DNA from: an uncultured Micropruina sp. | GTDB lineage: Bacteria > Actinomycetota > Actinomycetes > Propionibacteriales > Propionibacteriaceae | Assembly: GCA_964492685.1 (NCBI GenBank) | Contig: CAZBMH010000006.1 | Location: forward strand, 2,448 to 66,447 | DNA length: 64,000 nucleotides | Reading direction: 5' to 3' | Shown: positions 37,774-47,769 of the stretch, piece after piece | How positions within the stretch are numbered: position 1 is the stretch's first letter | How the letters are laid out: each line of letters starts with the position of its first letter | Made by a program: the position numbers and the translations under genes | Notes under the pieces: model-generated | What the model saw: the letters and a program-made list of their open reading frames with translations, nothing else | What the model was told of the DNA's origin: nothing | The model's database searches: none

Positions 37774-38078
37774 CAGACCGCGGCGGGCTCGGGCAGCCGG
37801 TTGATCCGCAGCTGCCAGGCCTCGGGCGCGTCGTCCAGGTAGTCGACGCTGATCGGCCAGCGCTCGGCGAGCTGGTTGAGCAGTGGCACCGGGTTGTGCG
37901 GCGCCACGATCACCAGCGAGCCGCCGACCGGGATCGCGCCGAACGCGCCGAACACGGTGGCGTGGCGGATGGCGTGGGGGATGGGCCGGACGTCGAGGAC
38001 GATGTCGGCCGCCTCGTCGTGGTGGCCGCAGCCGCAGCTGCTCTTCTTCTCCTGGATGTTCAGGACGGACTCACTCAT
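37773..38078 (-). CDS. DUF2249 domain protein
   Basis: CGCGHH, LDVR.IPHA.RH, APH.P.PLL, P..W. Confidence 0.88.
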   Translation of the reverse strand: MSESVLNIQEKKSSCGCGHHDEAADIVLDVRPIPHAIRHATVFGAFGAIPVGGSLVIVAPHNPVPLLNQLAERWPISVDYLDDAPEAWQLRINRLPEPAAV

Positions 38079-38161
38079 GGGGTGTTCTCCTTCGGTTGTG
38101 CTCCCGCGGGAGCGGTGGTGGTGGGCACCGGCGGGGCCGCCGGAAGACTCGGGTGGCGGCC

Positions 38162-40825
38162 TCACGGGGTCACCTGGACGAAGCCGTGGGCGCCGCGCTC
38201 CGCGTCGGCCATGACGTGGCTGACGAGCGGGTAGCGTCCGGCCTCGGGGAAGACGGTCTCGACGAAACCCCCCTGGGCGGGCTGCAGGCCGAGCGCCTGC
38301 GAGCCGCCGCGGGCGTCGCCGAACGCGTCGCGTCCGCGCTTGAGCACGTAGCCGCCCTCGCCGTAGACCGTGTCGAACTGGGCGCCGACGATGTGGAAGC
38401 TGCCCGCGCGGTTGGGGCCCGCGTCGAGCAGCCAGAACCGGACGCGTTTGCCGACCGCGGCCGTCAGCGGCCGGGTGTCGTAGCCGTTGGCGACGCCGTT
38501 GAACACCACGAAGCTGGGGGTCGCGGCGGCGCCGGCGGCGTCGACGTTCACCTCGGTGGCCGCCGCCGCGTCCGCCGCGGGGCCGCCGTCGGTGTACACC
38601 TCGGACTGGACGAGGACGTAGGAGCGGTCAACGTCGGGCAGCCCCTCGGGTTCGATGACCACCGCGCCGGTCATGCCGGCCGCGATGTGGGCGCTCATCG
38701 GCATCGTCGAGCAGTGGTACATCCAGATCCCGGCCCGGGGGGCGGTAAAGCGGTAGGTGAGGCTCTCGCCCGGCTCGATCGTGCGCATCGGCCGGTCGGG
38801 CGCCAGCGCGCCGGCATGGAAGTCGATGGAGTGCCCCATCGACCCGTCGTTGACCAGCGTGATCACGAAGACGTCCCCGACCCGCCCGTGCAGCGTCGGT
38901 CCCACGGGTCCGCCGTTGTAGGTCCAGCGGCGCTGCCACACGCCGGGTGCCACCTCGAGCGGCACCTCGGTCACCGTCAGCGTCAGGTGGTGCTCCCGTT
39001 CGGCGGTCAGCGGCGGCAGCGCGGGGTCGACGACGTCGGCGGGCGGCGGTGGGGTGTTCGAACCCCCGGCCGGTGGGGCGTGCTGGCCGTGCTCGGCACC
39101 CGCGGTCGCGGCCGAGGAGGCCGCACCGGGGCCGGCCGGGGCGTCGTCGACGATGATGGCGAGGACCATCCCCAGCTGCCGATGACCCGCCACCGAGCAG
39201 AAGGCGGTCTGCGACGAGCCGATGATCCCGGCGTCCAGCTCCGCGCGGGCCCCGGGCGCGATCCGGGGGGTGCGGGCGTCGCCGATCACCAGGTCGTGGG
39301 TCGTGGTGTCCTGATTGACGAGGTTCACCACCAGCCGGTCGCCGGCGTTCACGTGAATCTCGGCCGGGACGTAGTGCATGCCGACGGCGGCCACCTCGAC
39401 CCGCACCAGCCGTCCGGTCGGCTGCACCGCGGCGGCCGCGACACCGGTGCCCGTCACGCCCGCGGCGGCCGGGTCCACCCCGACCCCGATCACCACGGCG
39501 GTGGCCAGGGCGGTGAGGCCGGCGATCAGCTGGCCCGCGGTGAAGATGCTGGGGCGCTCGACGGGGGGCCGGGGCTGGCCGCCCTCGGGGGCGCCGTCCT
39601 GGCGAGCGGCCAGGAGCTCCTTCTTGGCGGCCAGGCTGGCCCGCACACCGATCACCATCAGCGGCACGAAGGCGGCCGCGGCGAACAGGGCCAGCAGGGA
39701 GCCGGTGACCTTCACCCAGCTCGGGCTGGGCAGCAGCCACAGCAACAGCCCGCCGTTGATGGCGATCAGCCGGAAGGCCCCCGCCCTGTTGAACCACGCC
39801 TGACCCGCCCGCACGACGCTCGGCCCGCCCCCGAGCACCGAGGGCAGCAGGTACGAGAGTGCGCCCGTGAGCAGCTGGACGGCGAAGCCGGCACCCAGGA
39901 CGGCGGCCGGCCAGACGAACCCCTCGCCCGCCGCGCGCCAGTCGGGCGTGGTGGCGAGCAGCCAGGCCGCCCACGCGAGCCCGATCAGCAGCCACACCAG
40001 GGCCGCGCCGACGGAGGCCGGCGCGAACTCGCGGGGCGGCGCCTTGCGGAACGGACGCCAGAGGCCGCGTCCCCCCAGCAGCAGCCCGGCGAGGTAGCCG
40101 AGCACCCCCAGGGCGGCGATCGGGCCGATCCCAGTCAGCGCGCCGACGACCCCCACCAGGACGGAGCCGACCAGCACCGGCAGGGCCTGCCTCGTCCAGC
40201 GTTCGGCCGTGGGGTCGAGCTGGGTCCGCAGCATCGTCGGCCACAGGGTGAGCAGCGTCCCGGTGAGGGTGAGACCCACCCAGCCGAGGACGTTGGCCAG
40301 CGCGTGCGCCACCAACAGTCGCCCGTGCCAGGGATCGGGCAGCCCCCAGGCGAGGGTCACGCCGAGGCCGGCACCCACCGGCAGCGAGGCGCCGGCCCAC
40401 AGGTAGTAGCGCACCGTCACGCGGAAGCGCGCGGGCAGCGCGCGGCGCATCATCCGCCACAGCACCACCGCATGCCAGCCGATCGCGGACGCCACGACCA
40501 GGCCGCCGACCAGCGTCAGCGGCCACCAGAGCGTGGGAACACCGATCACCACCGCGACCGCCCCCACCGTCAGCAGGCCCAGGCGCTGGCCCTGCGAGCC
40601 GGCCTCGGCGTCGGAGGCGGGGGAGCGCAGCAGGGTCTGCGAGAAGTGGAAGCTCCACACAACGATGGAGTGGCTGAGCGCGCCCAGCAGCACCAGGTGC
40701 AGCATCAGCCAGTTCGCGTCCGGCACCGAGCGATGCACGAGGGCGACGATCAGGGCGGCGACCAGCCAGCCCAGCAGGGGCAGGTCGCGCAGCCACGAGG
40801 TGCCGCGGGCGTTCGGGCGGCTCAT
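38162..40825 (-). CDS. nirK: Copper nitrite reductase fused to a multi-TM domain and a cupredoxin
   Basis: HSIDFHA, WMYHCS.PM..HIA.GM, FHIVG..FD, SH.M.DAERGA; cupredoxin HDL..CSVAGH..GM; long hydrophobic N-terminus. Confidence 0.85.
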   Translation of the reverse strand: MSRPNARGTSWLRDLPLLGWLVAALIVALVHRSVPDANWLMLHLVLLGALSHSIVVWSFHFSQTLLRSPASDAEAGSQGQRLGLLTVGAVAVVIGVPTLWWPLTLVGGLVVASAIGWHAVVLWRMMRRALPARFRVTVRYYLWAGASLPVGAGLGVTLAWGLPDPWHGRLLVAHALANVLGWVGLTLTGTLLTLWPTMLRTQLDPTAERWTRQALPVLVGSVLVGVVGALTGIGPIAALGVLGYLAGLLLGGRGLWRPFRKAPPREFAPASVGAALVWLLIGLAWAAWLLATTPDWRAAGEGFVWPAAVLGAGFAVQLLTGALSYLLPSVLGGGPSVVRAGQAWFNRAGAFRLIAINGGLLLWLLPSPSWVKVTGSLLALFAAAAFVPLMVIGVRASLAAKKELLAARQDGAPEGGQPRPPVERPSIFTAGQLIAGLTALATAVVIGVGVDPAAAGVTGTGVAAAAVQPTGRLVRVEVAAVGMHYVPAEIHVNAGDRLVVNLVNQDTTTHDLVIGDARTPRIAPGARAELDAGIIGSSQTAFCSVAGHRQLGMVLAIIVDDAPAGPGAASSAATAGAEHGQHAPPAGGSNTPPPPADVVDPALPPLTAEREHHLTLTVTEVPLEVAPGVWQRRWTYNGGPVGPTLHGRVGDVFVITLVNDGSMGHSIDFHAGALAPDRPMRTIEPGESLTYRFTAPRAGIWMYHCSTMPMSAHIAAGMTGAVVIEPEGLPDVDRSYVLVQSEVYTDGGPAADAAAATEVNVDAAGAAATPSFVVFNGVANGYDTRPLTAAVGKRVRFWLLDAGPNRAGSFHIVGAQFDTVYGEGGYVLKRGRDAFGDARGGSQALGLQPAQGGFVETVFPEAGRYPLVSHVMADAERGAHGFVQVTP

Positions 40826-41925
40826 CGTCGCACCACCAGCACGATGGCCGTCAGCAGGAAGGACAGCAGCGCCAGCACCCCGAGGACGCCGCCGACCTGC
40901 CACCACTGGTGCGCCCCGAGGAGGTCGGCCACGAAGCGGACGAGCAGGCTGGCGTGGAGCAGCACCAGCGGCACCCAGAGTGCGGGGCGGTAGGGGAGCG
41001 GCCGTCCGAGCACGGCCGGGAGGATCACGGGCGCATGCGCCATGACCATGGACACGGCGAAGCCCAGGAACACGCCGTGCACCACCACGTCGTAGGCGGC
41101 CTGGTTGGACCCGAGCCCGGCGATCGCCAGGACCGCCCCGGCGATCAGGAGGTTGACGTAGCCGGCGAGCAACGCCACCGCGAGGTAGCGGCGCTGGCCG
41201 GTGAGCCGCAGCTGGTGGCGCGCCACGTCGTGCACGATCAGCCACGCGGCGATCGCCACGACGACCAGGCCCACGAGCCGCTCGCCGATCGGCGGTAACG
41301 CCAGGGCGGCGAGCACGGCCACGGTGAGCGCGGCGGCCAGCCCCAGGAGCTCCCGGTCCACCCGCGCGCCCATCGTGAGCACGGCCAGCTCGGCGCGCTC
41401 CGCCGCGATGGTCACGATGACGAAACCGGCGAGCCAGGGGAGGGCCACCAGCGGCCCCGCGAAGATCACCACCACCGAGCCGCCGAGCGCCAACACCCCC
41501 GAGAGGGCCTGGACGGCGACCAGCGGCCGCGGCGCCCGACGCCACAGCGCGACGTAGGTGGCCACGAAGAGCGCGGCCCCCTCCACCTGCAGCAACTCGC
41601 CCAACAGCGGCGGCACCGGGCTCACCAGGACCAGCGCCCCGGCCCCCAGCAGCGCCGGCGCCAGGAACGCCCAGGCCCTGCCCAGCGCCTGCGCACGCTC
41701 CAGCGAGATCAGGGTGCCCAGGAAGCCGAGCACCATCACCTGGCCGTGCACGTCCCCGAGGCGCGTCTCCGAGACGGGCGCCCACAGCTCCAGCCGGACG
41801 AGGGCCGCGTCGAGCCCCGCGAGCAGCGAGGCGCCACCGAGGGCCACCAGCGCCACTCGGCTCCGGACGTCAAGGCGGGCCGGAGCGGGGCGGGTACGGG
41901 CTGCGTGTGCAGGCGAGGTCGTCAC
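40822..41925 (-). CDS. Polytopic membrane protein (NnrS-like)
   Basis: HG..MV.GF.G.LI.LERA, H..FLGF..M..AHAP; ATGA overlap with nirK. Confidence 0.7.
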   Translation of the reverse strand: MTTSPAHAARTRPAPARLDVRSRVALVALGGASLLAGLDAALVRLELWAPVSETRLGDVHGQVMVLGFLGTLISLERAQALGRAWAFLAPALLGAGALVLVSPVPPLLGELLQVEGAALFVATYVALWRRAPRPLVAVQALSGVLALGGSVVVIFAGPLVALPWLAGFVIVTIAAERAELAVLTMGARVDRELLGLAAALTVAVLAALALPPIGERLVGLVVVAIAAWLIVHDVARHQLRLTGQRRYLAVALLAGYVNLLIAGAVLAIAGLGSNQAAYDVVVHGVFLGFAVSMVMAHAPVILPAVLGRPLPYRPALWVPLVLLHASLLVRFVADLLGAHQWWQVGGVLGVLALLSFLLTAIVLVVRR

Positions 41926-42037
41926 TGGTCACCGCGCCCGACGACGACGGGGCGGGCCGGACCCACGCCCTGGGCGGTGGCCTCAGACGAGGCCGGCGTC
42001 CGACAGGTGACCACGCATGCTCCTTTTATCCAGGTCT

Positions 42038-42055
42038 TACTGTAAAAATACAGTA
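42038..42055. promoter_or_regulatory. Operator in the divergent nirK/regulator promoter region
   Basis: Perfect palindrome TACTGTA-AAAA-TACAGTA in an AT-rich patch. Confidence 0.7.
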
Positions 42056-42066
42056 CCCTAGGCCGC

Positions 42067-42693
42067 GTGAGCACAGCGACCGGGTTCGGGCCCCAGCCGG
42101 CCCGCCTGGACCGGCCCCGCGGAGCCGCCCTGCGGGTGCTGCGCGCGCTGCTCGACACCGACGGCCGCGGCACCGTCGCCTCGCTGCACGAGGCCCTCGG
42201 CGGCCACGCGAACGCCGTCCGGCTGCAGCTGGAGCACCTGGTCGAGGACGGCTTCGTCACCCAGGCCTCGCGTCCGACGTCGGGCCGCGGCCGCCCGGCC
42301 CGCGAATACGCCATCACGATCGCCGGCCGGCAGGTCGCGCTGGAGGACCCGCACCGCGAGACCGACAGCACGCTGGTCGAGGCCATCGCCGAACACCTGG
42401 CCGGCACCGACGATCCGGTGGGGGCCGCGCACGCCATCGGACGACGCTGGGGGAGTCGGCTGGCCGCCTCCCGCGGCGACGACCTGCTGGGCATCCTGGC
42501 CGCCCAGGGCTTCGCGCCGCGGGAGACCCCCGAGGGCATCGTGTTGCAGACCTGCCCGCTGTTGGCCTCGGCGGGCCGGCATCCCGACGTGGTCTGCGGC
42601 ATCCATCAGGGGCAACTCGACGCGCTCTCGGACGAGCCCCGCCGGCTGCTGCCGTTCGCGCTGCCCGACGGCTGCCTGATCCGTCCGGCCTGA
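42067..42693 (+). CDS. wHTH transcriptional regulator with Cys-containing sensor domain (SufR/ArnR-like)
   Basis: H.NAVR.QL..L...G.V, GRGRP..Y, CP.L, P.VVC.IH.G. Confidence 0.85.
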   Translation: MSTATGFGPQPARLDRPRGAALRVLRALLDTDGRGTVASLHEALGGHANAVRLQLEHLVEDGFVTQASRPTSGRGRPAREYAITIAGRQVALEDPHRETDSTLVEAIAEHLAGTDDPVGAAHAIGRRWGSRLAASRGDDLLGILAAQGFAPRETPEGIVLQTCPLLASAGRHPDVVCGIHQGQLDALSDEPRRLLPFALPDGCLIRPA

Positions 42694-42749
42694 CGCACAG
42701 CCCGCCGCGAGGGGGCCTGTGAACCGTCACCCAACGCTGCTACCCGCCG

Positions 42750-42968
42750 GGCTCGACTGGGTGGTCGCCCACCACATGAGCGGTCCGGCCGTCGGGCACG
42801 TCGATGGCCTCGCCGCACGCCGCGGGCGCCGCCGTCCTGGTGCTGGCGGCGAACCCGACGTGGGGTCCGGCGCAGGTCACCGACGCCATCACCCGGGGGG
42901 CCACGAAGTCGGCCCTGACCGGGGTGAAGCGGGGCACGCCCAACCTGCTGCTGCGCACGAACGCCTGA
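42750..42968 (+). pseudogene. C-terminal remnant of an S8 subtilisin/proteinase K-like peptidase
   Basis: Manual translation of 42792-42968: SGTSMASPHAAGAAVLVLAANPTWGPAQVTDAI...GTPNLLL; in-frame TGA at 42777, and the Asp/His catalytic regions are absent. Confidence 0.85.
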
Positions 42969-43059
42969 CCCGGCGGCGGACGGCCACCCGCCCGGACCCC
43001 GGGACGCCGCGGCGCCGGTATGACACCATGTCGCTGCGTCGTGGGAGAAGGAGCAGTGC

Positions 43060-44343
43060 GTGATGGTCGTCCAGCGTGACCTCGGGCAGCCGATCCACCT
43101 CGCCCGCCTCGCGGCGCTCGCCGTGGTGGTCGGGCTGCTCGCCGGCGCCGGCGCCTCGGTGTTCGTGGCGGGCCAGCACCACCTGACCCACCTGCTCTGG
43201 CACACGCTGCCGCACGCGATGGGCCTGCCGTTCGCCCCCTGGTGGCTCACACTCGCGCTCCCCGTGGTCGGCGCGCTGCTCACGTGGCAGGCGATGCGGC
43301 TCCCGGGGCACGGCGGTCATCGCCCGCTGGACGCCCCGGGGCTCGACATCGGCCCCCGCGAGGCGGCGTCCGTGCTGCTGGCCGCCCTGGCCAGCCTAAG
43401 CTTCGGGGCCGTGCTCGGCCCGGAGGCGCCGCTGATGGCGATCGGTACCGCCGCGGGCGCCGCGCTCGTCCGCGGGCGCGACGATCCCGCACGGCAGGTG
43501 ATGATGATCGCCGGGGCGACCGCGGCCGCCGGTGCCGTGCTCGGCAACCCGCTGGTAACCACCATCCTCGTGCTCGAGATTGCGCTGGCCGCCGGTCCGG
43601 CGATGACCACGATCACCGTGATCCTGCCCATGCTGTCGGCCCTGGCGGGCGGCTACCTGCTGCAGGTAGGCGTCGGCCCCTGGACCGGCCTGGGAGACGT
43701 CCAACTCGCCATGAAGGCGCTGCCCGCCTACCCGAACGTCCGCCTCGTCGACCTGGCCGTCGGGGTGGTGCTCGCGGTGGCCGTCGCCGCGATCGGCTTC
43801 CTGGCTCCGCGCGTGGGCGCCCTCGTGCAGCGCGTCGCCGCGGCCGCCCCGCTGCCCGCCCTCATCGGTGCGGGGGTCGTGACCGGGGGGTCCGGCCTGC
43901 TGGTCTCGGCGCTCACCGGGCTCTCCCCGGAGCTCGTGGTGTGGGCCGGCCAGTCCGCGATGGGCGCCTACCTGACGCTGCCCTCGCTCGGGGTCGCGGC
44001 CGTCGTCCTGATCGGCAAGTTCGTCGCCTTCGCCGCCTGCCTCGGCGGCGGGTTCCGCGGCGGCGCGCTGTTCCCGTCCATCGCCCTGGGGACGATTCTC
44101 GCCGGGTCGGCCGGGCTGCTCATGGGCGGGCCCGCGAGCCCGGCGCTGATCGCCACCGCGATCGCCGCGGCCACGGGTGCTATGAAGCAGCCCTTCACGG
44201 GCATGGTGCTCGGCGTCATGCTGACGATCTCTGCGGGGCCCGCCGTCACGGTCCCTGCCATCCTGGGCGCCGTCGTCGGCACCCTCGTCCGACTGGCCTG
44301 CGACCAGCTCTGGCCGCCCGCCCCGGCCACCCACGCCGCCTGA
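43060..44343 (+). CDS. ClC-family channel/transporter (YfeO-like)
   Basis: PGHGG, LGPEAP, GFRGGA.FP. Confidence 0.85.
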   Translation: MMVVQRDLGQPIHLARLAALAVVVGLLAGAGASVFVAGQHHLTHLLWHTLPHAMGLPFAPWWLTLALPVVGALLTWQAMRLPGHGGHRPLDAPGLDIGPREAASVLLAALASLSFGAVLGPEAPLMAIGTAAGAALVRGRDDPARQVMMIAGATAAAGAVLGNPLVTTILVLEIALAAGPAMTTITVILPMLSALAGGYLLQVGVGPWTGLGDVQLAMKALPAYPNVRLVDLAVGVVLAVAVAAIGFLAPRVGALVQRVAAAAPLPALIGAGVVTGGSGLLVSALTGLSPELVVWAGQSAMGAYLTLPSLGVAAVVLIGKFVAFAACLGGGFRGGALFPSIALGTILAGSAGLLMGGPASPALIATAIAAATGAMKQPFTGMVLGVMLTISAGPAVTVPAILGAVVGTLVRLACDQLWPPAPATHAA

Positions 44344-44392
44344 CGCGGGCGTACCACTGCCGCGGGACCGCGAAGCGCGACACAATGGCACG

Positions 44393-45409
44393 ATGAGTAC
44401 CGAGGAACCCTTGGAGCACCGTCGCGGCCGAGCCTCCGCCGCCGACGCGACGCGGATGATGTCGCGACTCTTGATCACCGAAGGCCCCGACCATCGCAAC
44501 AAGCTCTCCGCGTTCTGGGTGCTGATCCTGCTCGCCACCATCATCGCCAGCGCCGGGGTGGTGGCCGACTCCACCGCCACCGTGATCGGCGCCATGATCG
44601 TCGCCCCGCTGATGACCCCGATCCTCGGCACCGCGCTGTCGGTGGTGCTCGCCAACCGCCGACTGATCCTGCTCAACCTGGGGCTGGTGCTCGCCGGTGC
44701 CGCGTGCGTGGTCGGGATCGCCTTCCTGCTGGGGATGACGTCGCACGTCCACCTGGTGGCCGAGACCAACTCGCAGATCGCCGCGCGCGTCAGCCCGCGC
44801 CTCATCGATCTCGTTGCCGCCCTGGCGACCGGGGTGGTGGGGGCCTTCGCCACCGTCCGGGCCGACGTGTCCGACACCCTGCCCGGGGTCGCGATCGCCA
44901 TCTCGCTGGTGCCGCCGCTGGCCGTCGTGGGCCTCGCCCTGGAGTCCGGCGCCCCGGGACAGGCGCTCGGCGCCCTGCTGCTCTTCGGCACCAACGTCAG
45001 CGCGATCATCGCCACCGGCACCCTGATCTTCCTCGGCTACCGGGTACGGGAGGCTGCCACCGAGGGCGGGGTGCAGGTGGGCCGGTTCACCGCCGCGAGC
45101 CTCGTGACCGCACTCGCCTCCGTCGTGCTGCTCGCCGTGCCGCTCAGCATTGGCAGCGCGATCGTGGTCGAGCAGGAGCTCATCGTGGCGCGGGCCACAC
45201 CGGTGGTGCGGCAGTGGGCCGAATCGCAGGGCGGGCAGATCAGCGACATCAGCTACCGCGAGGGCAGCCTGCGGATCGTGGCGATCGGACGCCTCCCCGG
45301 CATCCAGGACGCCGGACTGCGCGAGCAACTCGACCAGGCCGGGATGGCGGACGTGGACGCCAAGATCACCCTGGTGATCGGCGGCATCAAGGAGCTTCCC
45401 GGACGCTGA
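44393..45409 (+). CDS. DUF389 membrane protein
   Basis: DS.A.VIGAM.VAPLM.PI, LPGVAIAISLVPPL. Confidence 0.9.
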   Translation: MSTEEPLEHRRGRASAADATRMMSRLLITEGPDHRNKLSAFWVLILLATIIASAGVVADSTATVIGAMIVAPLMTPILGTALSVVLANRRLILLNLGLVLAGAACVVGIAFLLGMTSHVHLVAETNSQIAARVSPRLIDLVAALATGVVGAFATVRADVSDTLPGVAIAISLVPPLAVVGLALESGAPGQALGALLLFGTNVSAIIATGTLIFLGYRVREAATEGGVQVGRFTAASLVTALASVVLLAVPLSIGSAIVVEQELIVARATPVVRQWAESQGGQISDISYREGSLRIVAIGRLPGIQDAGLREQLDQAGMADVDAKITLVIGGIKELPGR

Positions 45410-45419
45410 TCCTTGCTCA

Positions 45420-45463
45420 CGAGGACCGGCCGGGCCCCCCTCCTGAGCCCGGGCCGGTCCTCG
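45420..45463. terminator. Hairpin between convergent genes
   Basis: CGAGGACCGGCC...GGCCGGTCCTCG. Confidence 0.7.
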
Positions 45464-45469
45464 GGGGAG

Positions 45470-46102
45470 TCAGTGCTGCATCCGGTAGCCGAACACGGCC
45501 GGGTCGATCATGCCGAAGATCATCGCGACGTGAGCCACGACCAGGAAGACCGCGATGCAGGCCGCGTGCCACTTGAGCGTCTGGGTGGCCGTCAACCGGA
45601 ACACCCCCAGTTCGAGCAGGGTGATGCCGACCAGGGGGATCGCGCCGGAGAGGTAGAACAGCACCGCGATCACGTCGGCGGCGCCGCGCCAGCCGCCGCC
45701 CACGGTCAGCGGCACGACGGCGTTCAGCAGCAGGTGCAGCAGGATGGCCAACATCACCGGCCCGGCGAGGAGCCCCGCCGCGCGGCTCGTGGTGCGAACC
45801 CATGTCGGCGCGGCGTCCCGGGCGAACAGGAGCACGAGCTCGGTAATGGCGAGGGTCTCGGCAAGGATCACGGGGATCGCCATGAAGACGATCAGGTTCC
45901 GGGGCTGGTTGACCGCCAGGAGCTCCATGTAGTGCGTCATGCCCATCGTCATCATCATCCCCGCGTCGCCGGCGACGAGGTTGGGGACGAGCAGGGCCAG
46001 CAGGCCCAGGACGGTTGTCAGCGCCAGGACGGCCACGGCTGGGCCGGGCGCAGGGGCCGCCGACGGCAGCTCGGTGCTGGTGGTGCGGGTGGTGGTAGTC
46101 AC
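45470..46102 (-). CDS. DUF6803-like membrane protein
   Basis: MTHYMELL..NQP.NL..FMAIPV.LAE, H...FLVVAH.AMIFG; Met-rich segment. Confidence 0.7.
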   Translation of the reverse strand: MTTTTRTTSTELPSAAPAPGPAVAVLALTTVLGLLALLVPNLVAGDAGMMMTMGMTHYMELLAVNQPRNLIVFMAIPVILAETLAITELVLLFARDAAPTWVRTTSRAAGLLAGPVMLAILLHLLLNAVVPLTVGGGWRGAADVIAVLFYLSGAIPLVGITLLELGVFRLTATQTLKWHAACIAVFLVVAHVAMIFGMIDPAVFGYRMQH

Positions 46103-46197
46103 GGGTCCTCTGCTTCTTCCTCGACTCGACTTGGCTCGACTCGATTGGGTCACTCCAACCCTCTCCGACGGTGCGGGCGACAAGGCGTCCCGGACGA

Positions 46198-46217
46198 TGA
46201 AGATTCGTTGAAGATCC
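46198..46217. promoter_or_regulatory. CopR-type binding site
   Basis: TGAAGATTC-gt-TGAAGATCC; resembles the C. glutamicum CopR direct repeat TGAAGATTTnnTGAAGATTT. Confidence 0.7.
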
Positions 46218-46245
46218 GCCACGAGGGGGCTTCGGCGGGCGCGGA

Positions 46246-47709
46246 TCAGTACTCCAGCGACGTCATCATGCCGATCTCGGCGTGGTAGATGTTGTGGCAG
46301 TGATAGGCCCACCGGCCGGGGTTGTCGGCCTCCAGATCGGCGGTGATCGTCTGCATCGGCAGCACCAACACGGTGTCCTTGCGCAGGCCCCCGCTGGCCG
46401 GCAGCGACCAGGTGTGCCCGTGGACGTGCATCGGGTGGGCCATCATCGTCTCGTTGATCATGTGGACGCGCAGCCGCCGGCCGGCGCTCGTCCGAAGCGG
46501 GGTACCAGAACCGAACACCGCCCCGTTCAGGCCCCAGGCGTAGGGGCGCATCTGGCCGTTCAGCGTGAGCGTCTCGACCTGGTCGGGCTCCCGGGTGGCG
46601 AGCCGCGCCGCGTCGGTGGGCAGTTGCCCGGCGAGCTGCACCGGGTCGGTGTCGAGCTCGCCGGGATGCACCTGGGCCCCGGGCGCCGCCCCCGCGCCGG
46701 TGCGCACCACGATCAGGCCCTGGCCCTGCTTGCCCTCGGCCGCCGCCACCAGCGGGAAGACCCCGTCCCCGAGGGTGACCAGCAGGTCGGCGCGCTCGCC
46801 CTGGGCCAGGTACAGCGCCCGGGTCTCCACGGGCCGGATCGGGAACCCGTCGGTGTGGGTGACGGTCACCGCATGGCCGCCGAGGGCCACCCGGAAGGTG
46901 GTGTCGGCGGCGGCGTTGATCAGCCGGATCCGCGCCCGCTGCCCGGGCTTGGCGGCCAGGGTCAGCGGCTCCGCGGGCACGCGTCCGTTGATGAGGTAGT
47001 GCGGGTAGGCGATGTCCCCGAGGTCGCCCAGGGGGGAGTGGCCCATGCCCCCCATGCCCGACATGTCGTGGTTCATGCCCCTGCCGACTTTGCCCCCCTC
47101 GGCCTTGAACGCGGCCAGGATGTCGTCGGGGTTTCGCCCGATGCCGTCGATCCAGTCGTCCAACACGAGCACCCAGTCGTGGTCGTAGCCGCCGGGCTCG
47201 GCCGGGTCCGCCACGATCAGCGGGGCGTAGAGGCCACGGTCGAGCTGGACGCCGGTGTGCGGGTGGAAGAAGTACGTCCCCGGGTCGGGGGGACGGAACG
47301 TGTAGGTGTGGCTCGCGCCCGCGGCGATCGGCTCCTGGGTCAGGCCCGGGACGCCGTCGGCGGCGTTGTGCAGCCTGATGCCGTGCCAGTGGACGCTCGT
47401 GTCGGCGGGCAGCCTGTTGTCGACCCTCACGCTGATCACCTCACCCGCGGTCACGCGCAGGGTCGCGCCGGGCAGCCGCCCGCCGTAGCTCCACGTCGTG
47501 GCCGTGATCCCGCCCAGGTCAACCGGCCCGACGCCCGCGACGAGCGTCGCCTCGACGGCCGGGCTGCCGAGCGAGGGGGCGGCGGGGACCATGATCGGGC
47601 CCGTGTGTGCCCCGCCGGTGGACGGGGTGGTGCAGCCGCCCAGCAGGGCGGTGGTGCCCAGGCCGAGGCCGGTGGTGAGCAGCCGTCGTCGCGTGAGGGT
47701 GTCGGGCAC
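46246..47709 (-). CDS. Tat-exported lipoprotein multicopper oxidase
   Basis: TRRRLL Tat signal, LGGC lipobox, HWHG, HPH, HPMHVHGH, HCHNIYH...M. Confidence 0.95.
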   Translation of the reverse strand: MPDTLTRRRLLTTGLGLGTTALLGGCTTPSTGGAHTGPIMVPAAPSLGSPAVEATLVAGVGPVDLGGITATTWSYGGRLPGATLRVTAGEVISVRVDNRLPADTSVHWHGIRLHNAADGVPGLTQEPIAAGASHTYTFRPPDPGTYFFHPHTGVQLDRGLYAPLIVADPAEPGGYDHDWVLVLDDWIDGIGRNPDDILAAFKAEGGKVGRGMNHDMSGMGGMGHSPLGDLGDIAYPHYLINGRVPAEPLTLAAKPGQRARIRLINAAADTTFRVALGGHAVTVTHTDGFPIRPVETRALYLAQGERADLLVTLGDGVFPLVAAAEGKQGQGLIVVRTGAGAAPGAQVHPGELDTDPVQLAGQLPTDAARLATREPDQVETLTLNGQMRPYAWGLNGAVFGSGTPLRTSAGRRLRVHMINETMMAHPMHVHGHTWSLPASGGLRKDTVLVLPMQTITADLEADNPGRWAYHCHNIYHAEIGMMTSLEY

Positions 47710-47769
47710 GTTGCCGCCTTTCGTCGATCCCTCCAGCGTTGCCGAGGGACCCCGCGCGGCGGCGCCGGT

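Noticed and set aside
38162-41785. 1207-aa ORF as one protein
   Set aside because: The first 320 codons overlap the real upstream membrane gene in another frame; the true start is ATG 40825
42038-42055. LexA SOS box
   Set aside because: Resembles the proteobacterial CTG-N10-CAG but the spacing is N8, and actinobacterial LexA uses GAAC-N4-GTTC; a local regulator is the better explanation
46120-46150. CTCGACTCGA(C)TTGG tandem repeat as CRISPR or iteron
   Set aside because: Only two short imperfect units with no spacers and no cas or rep genes
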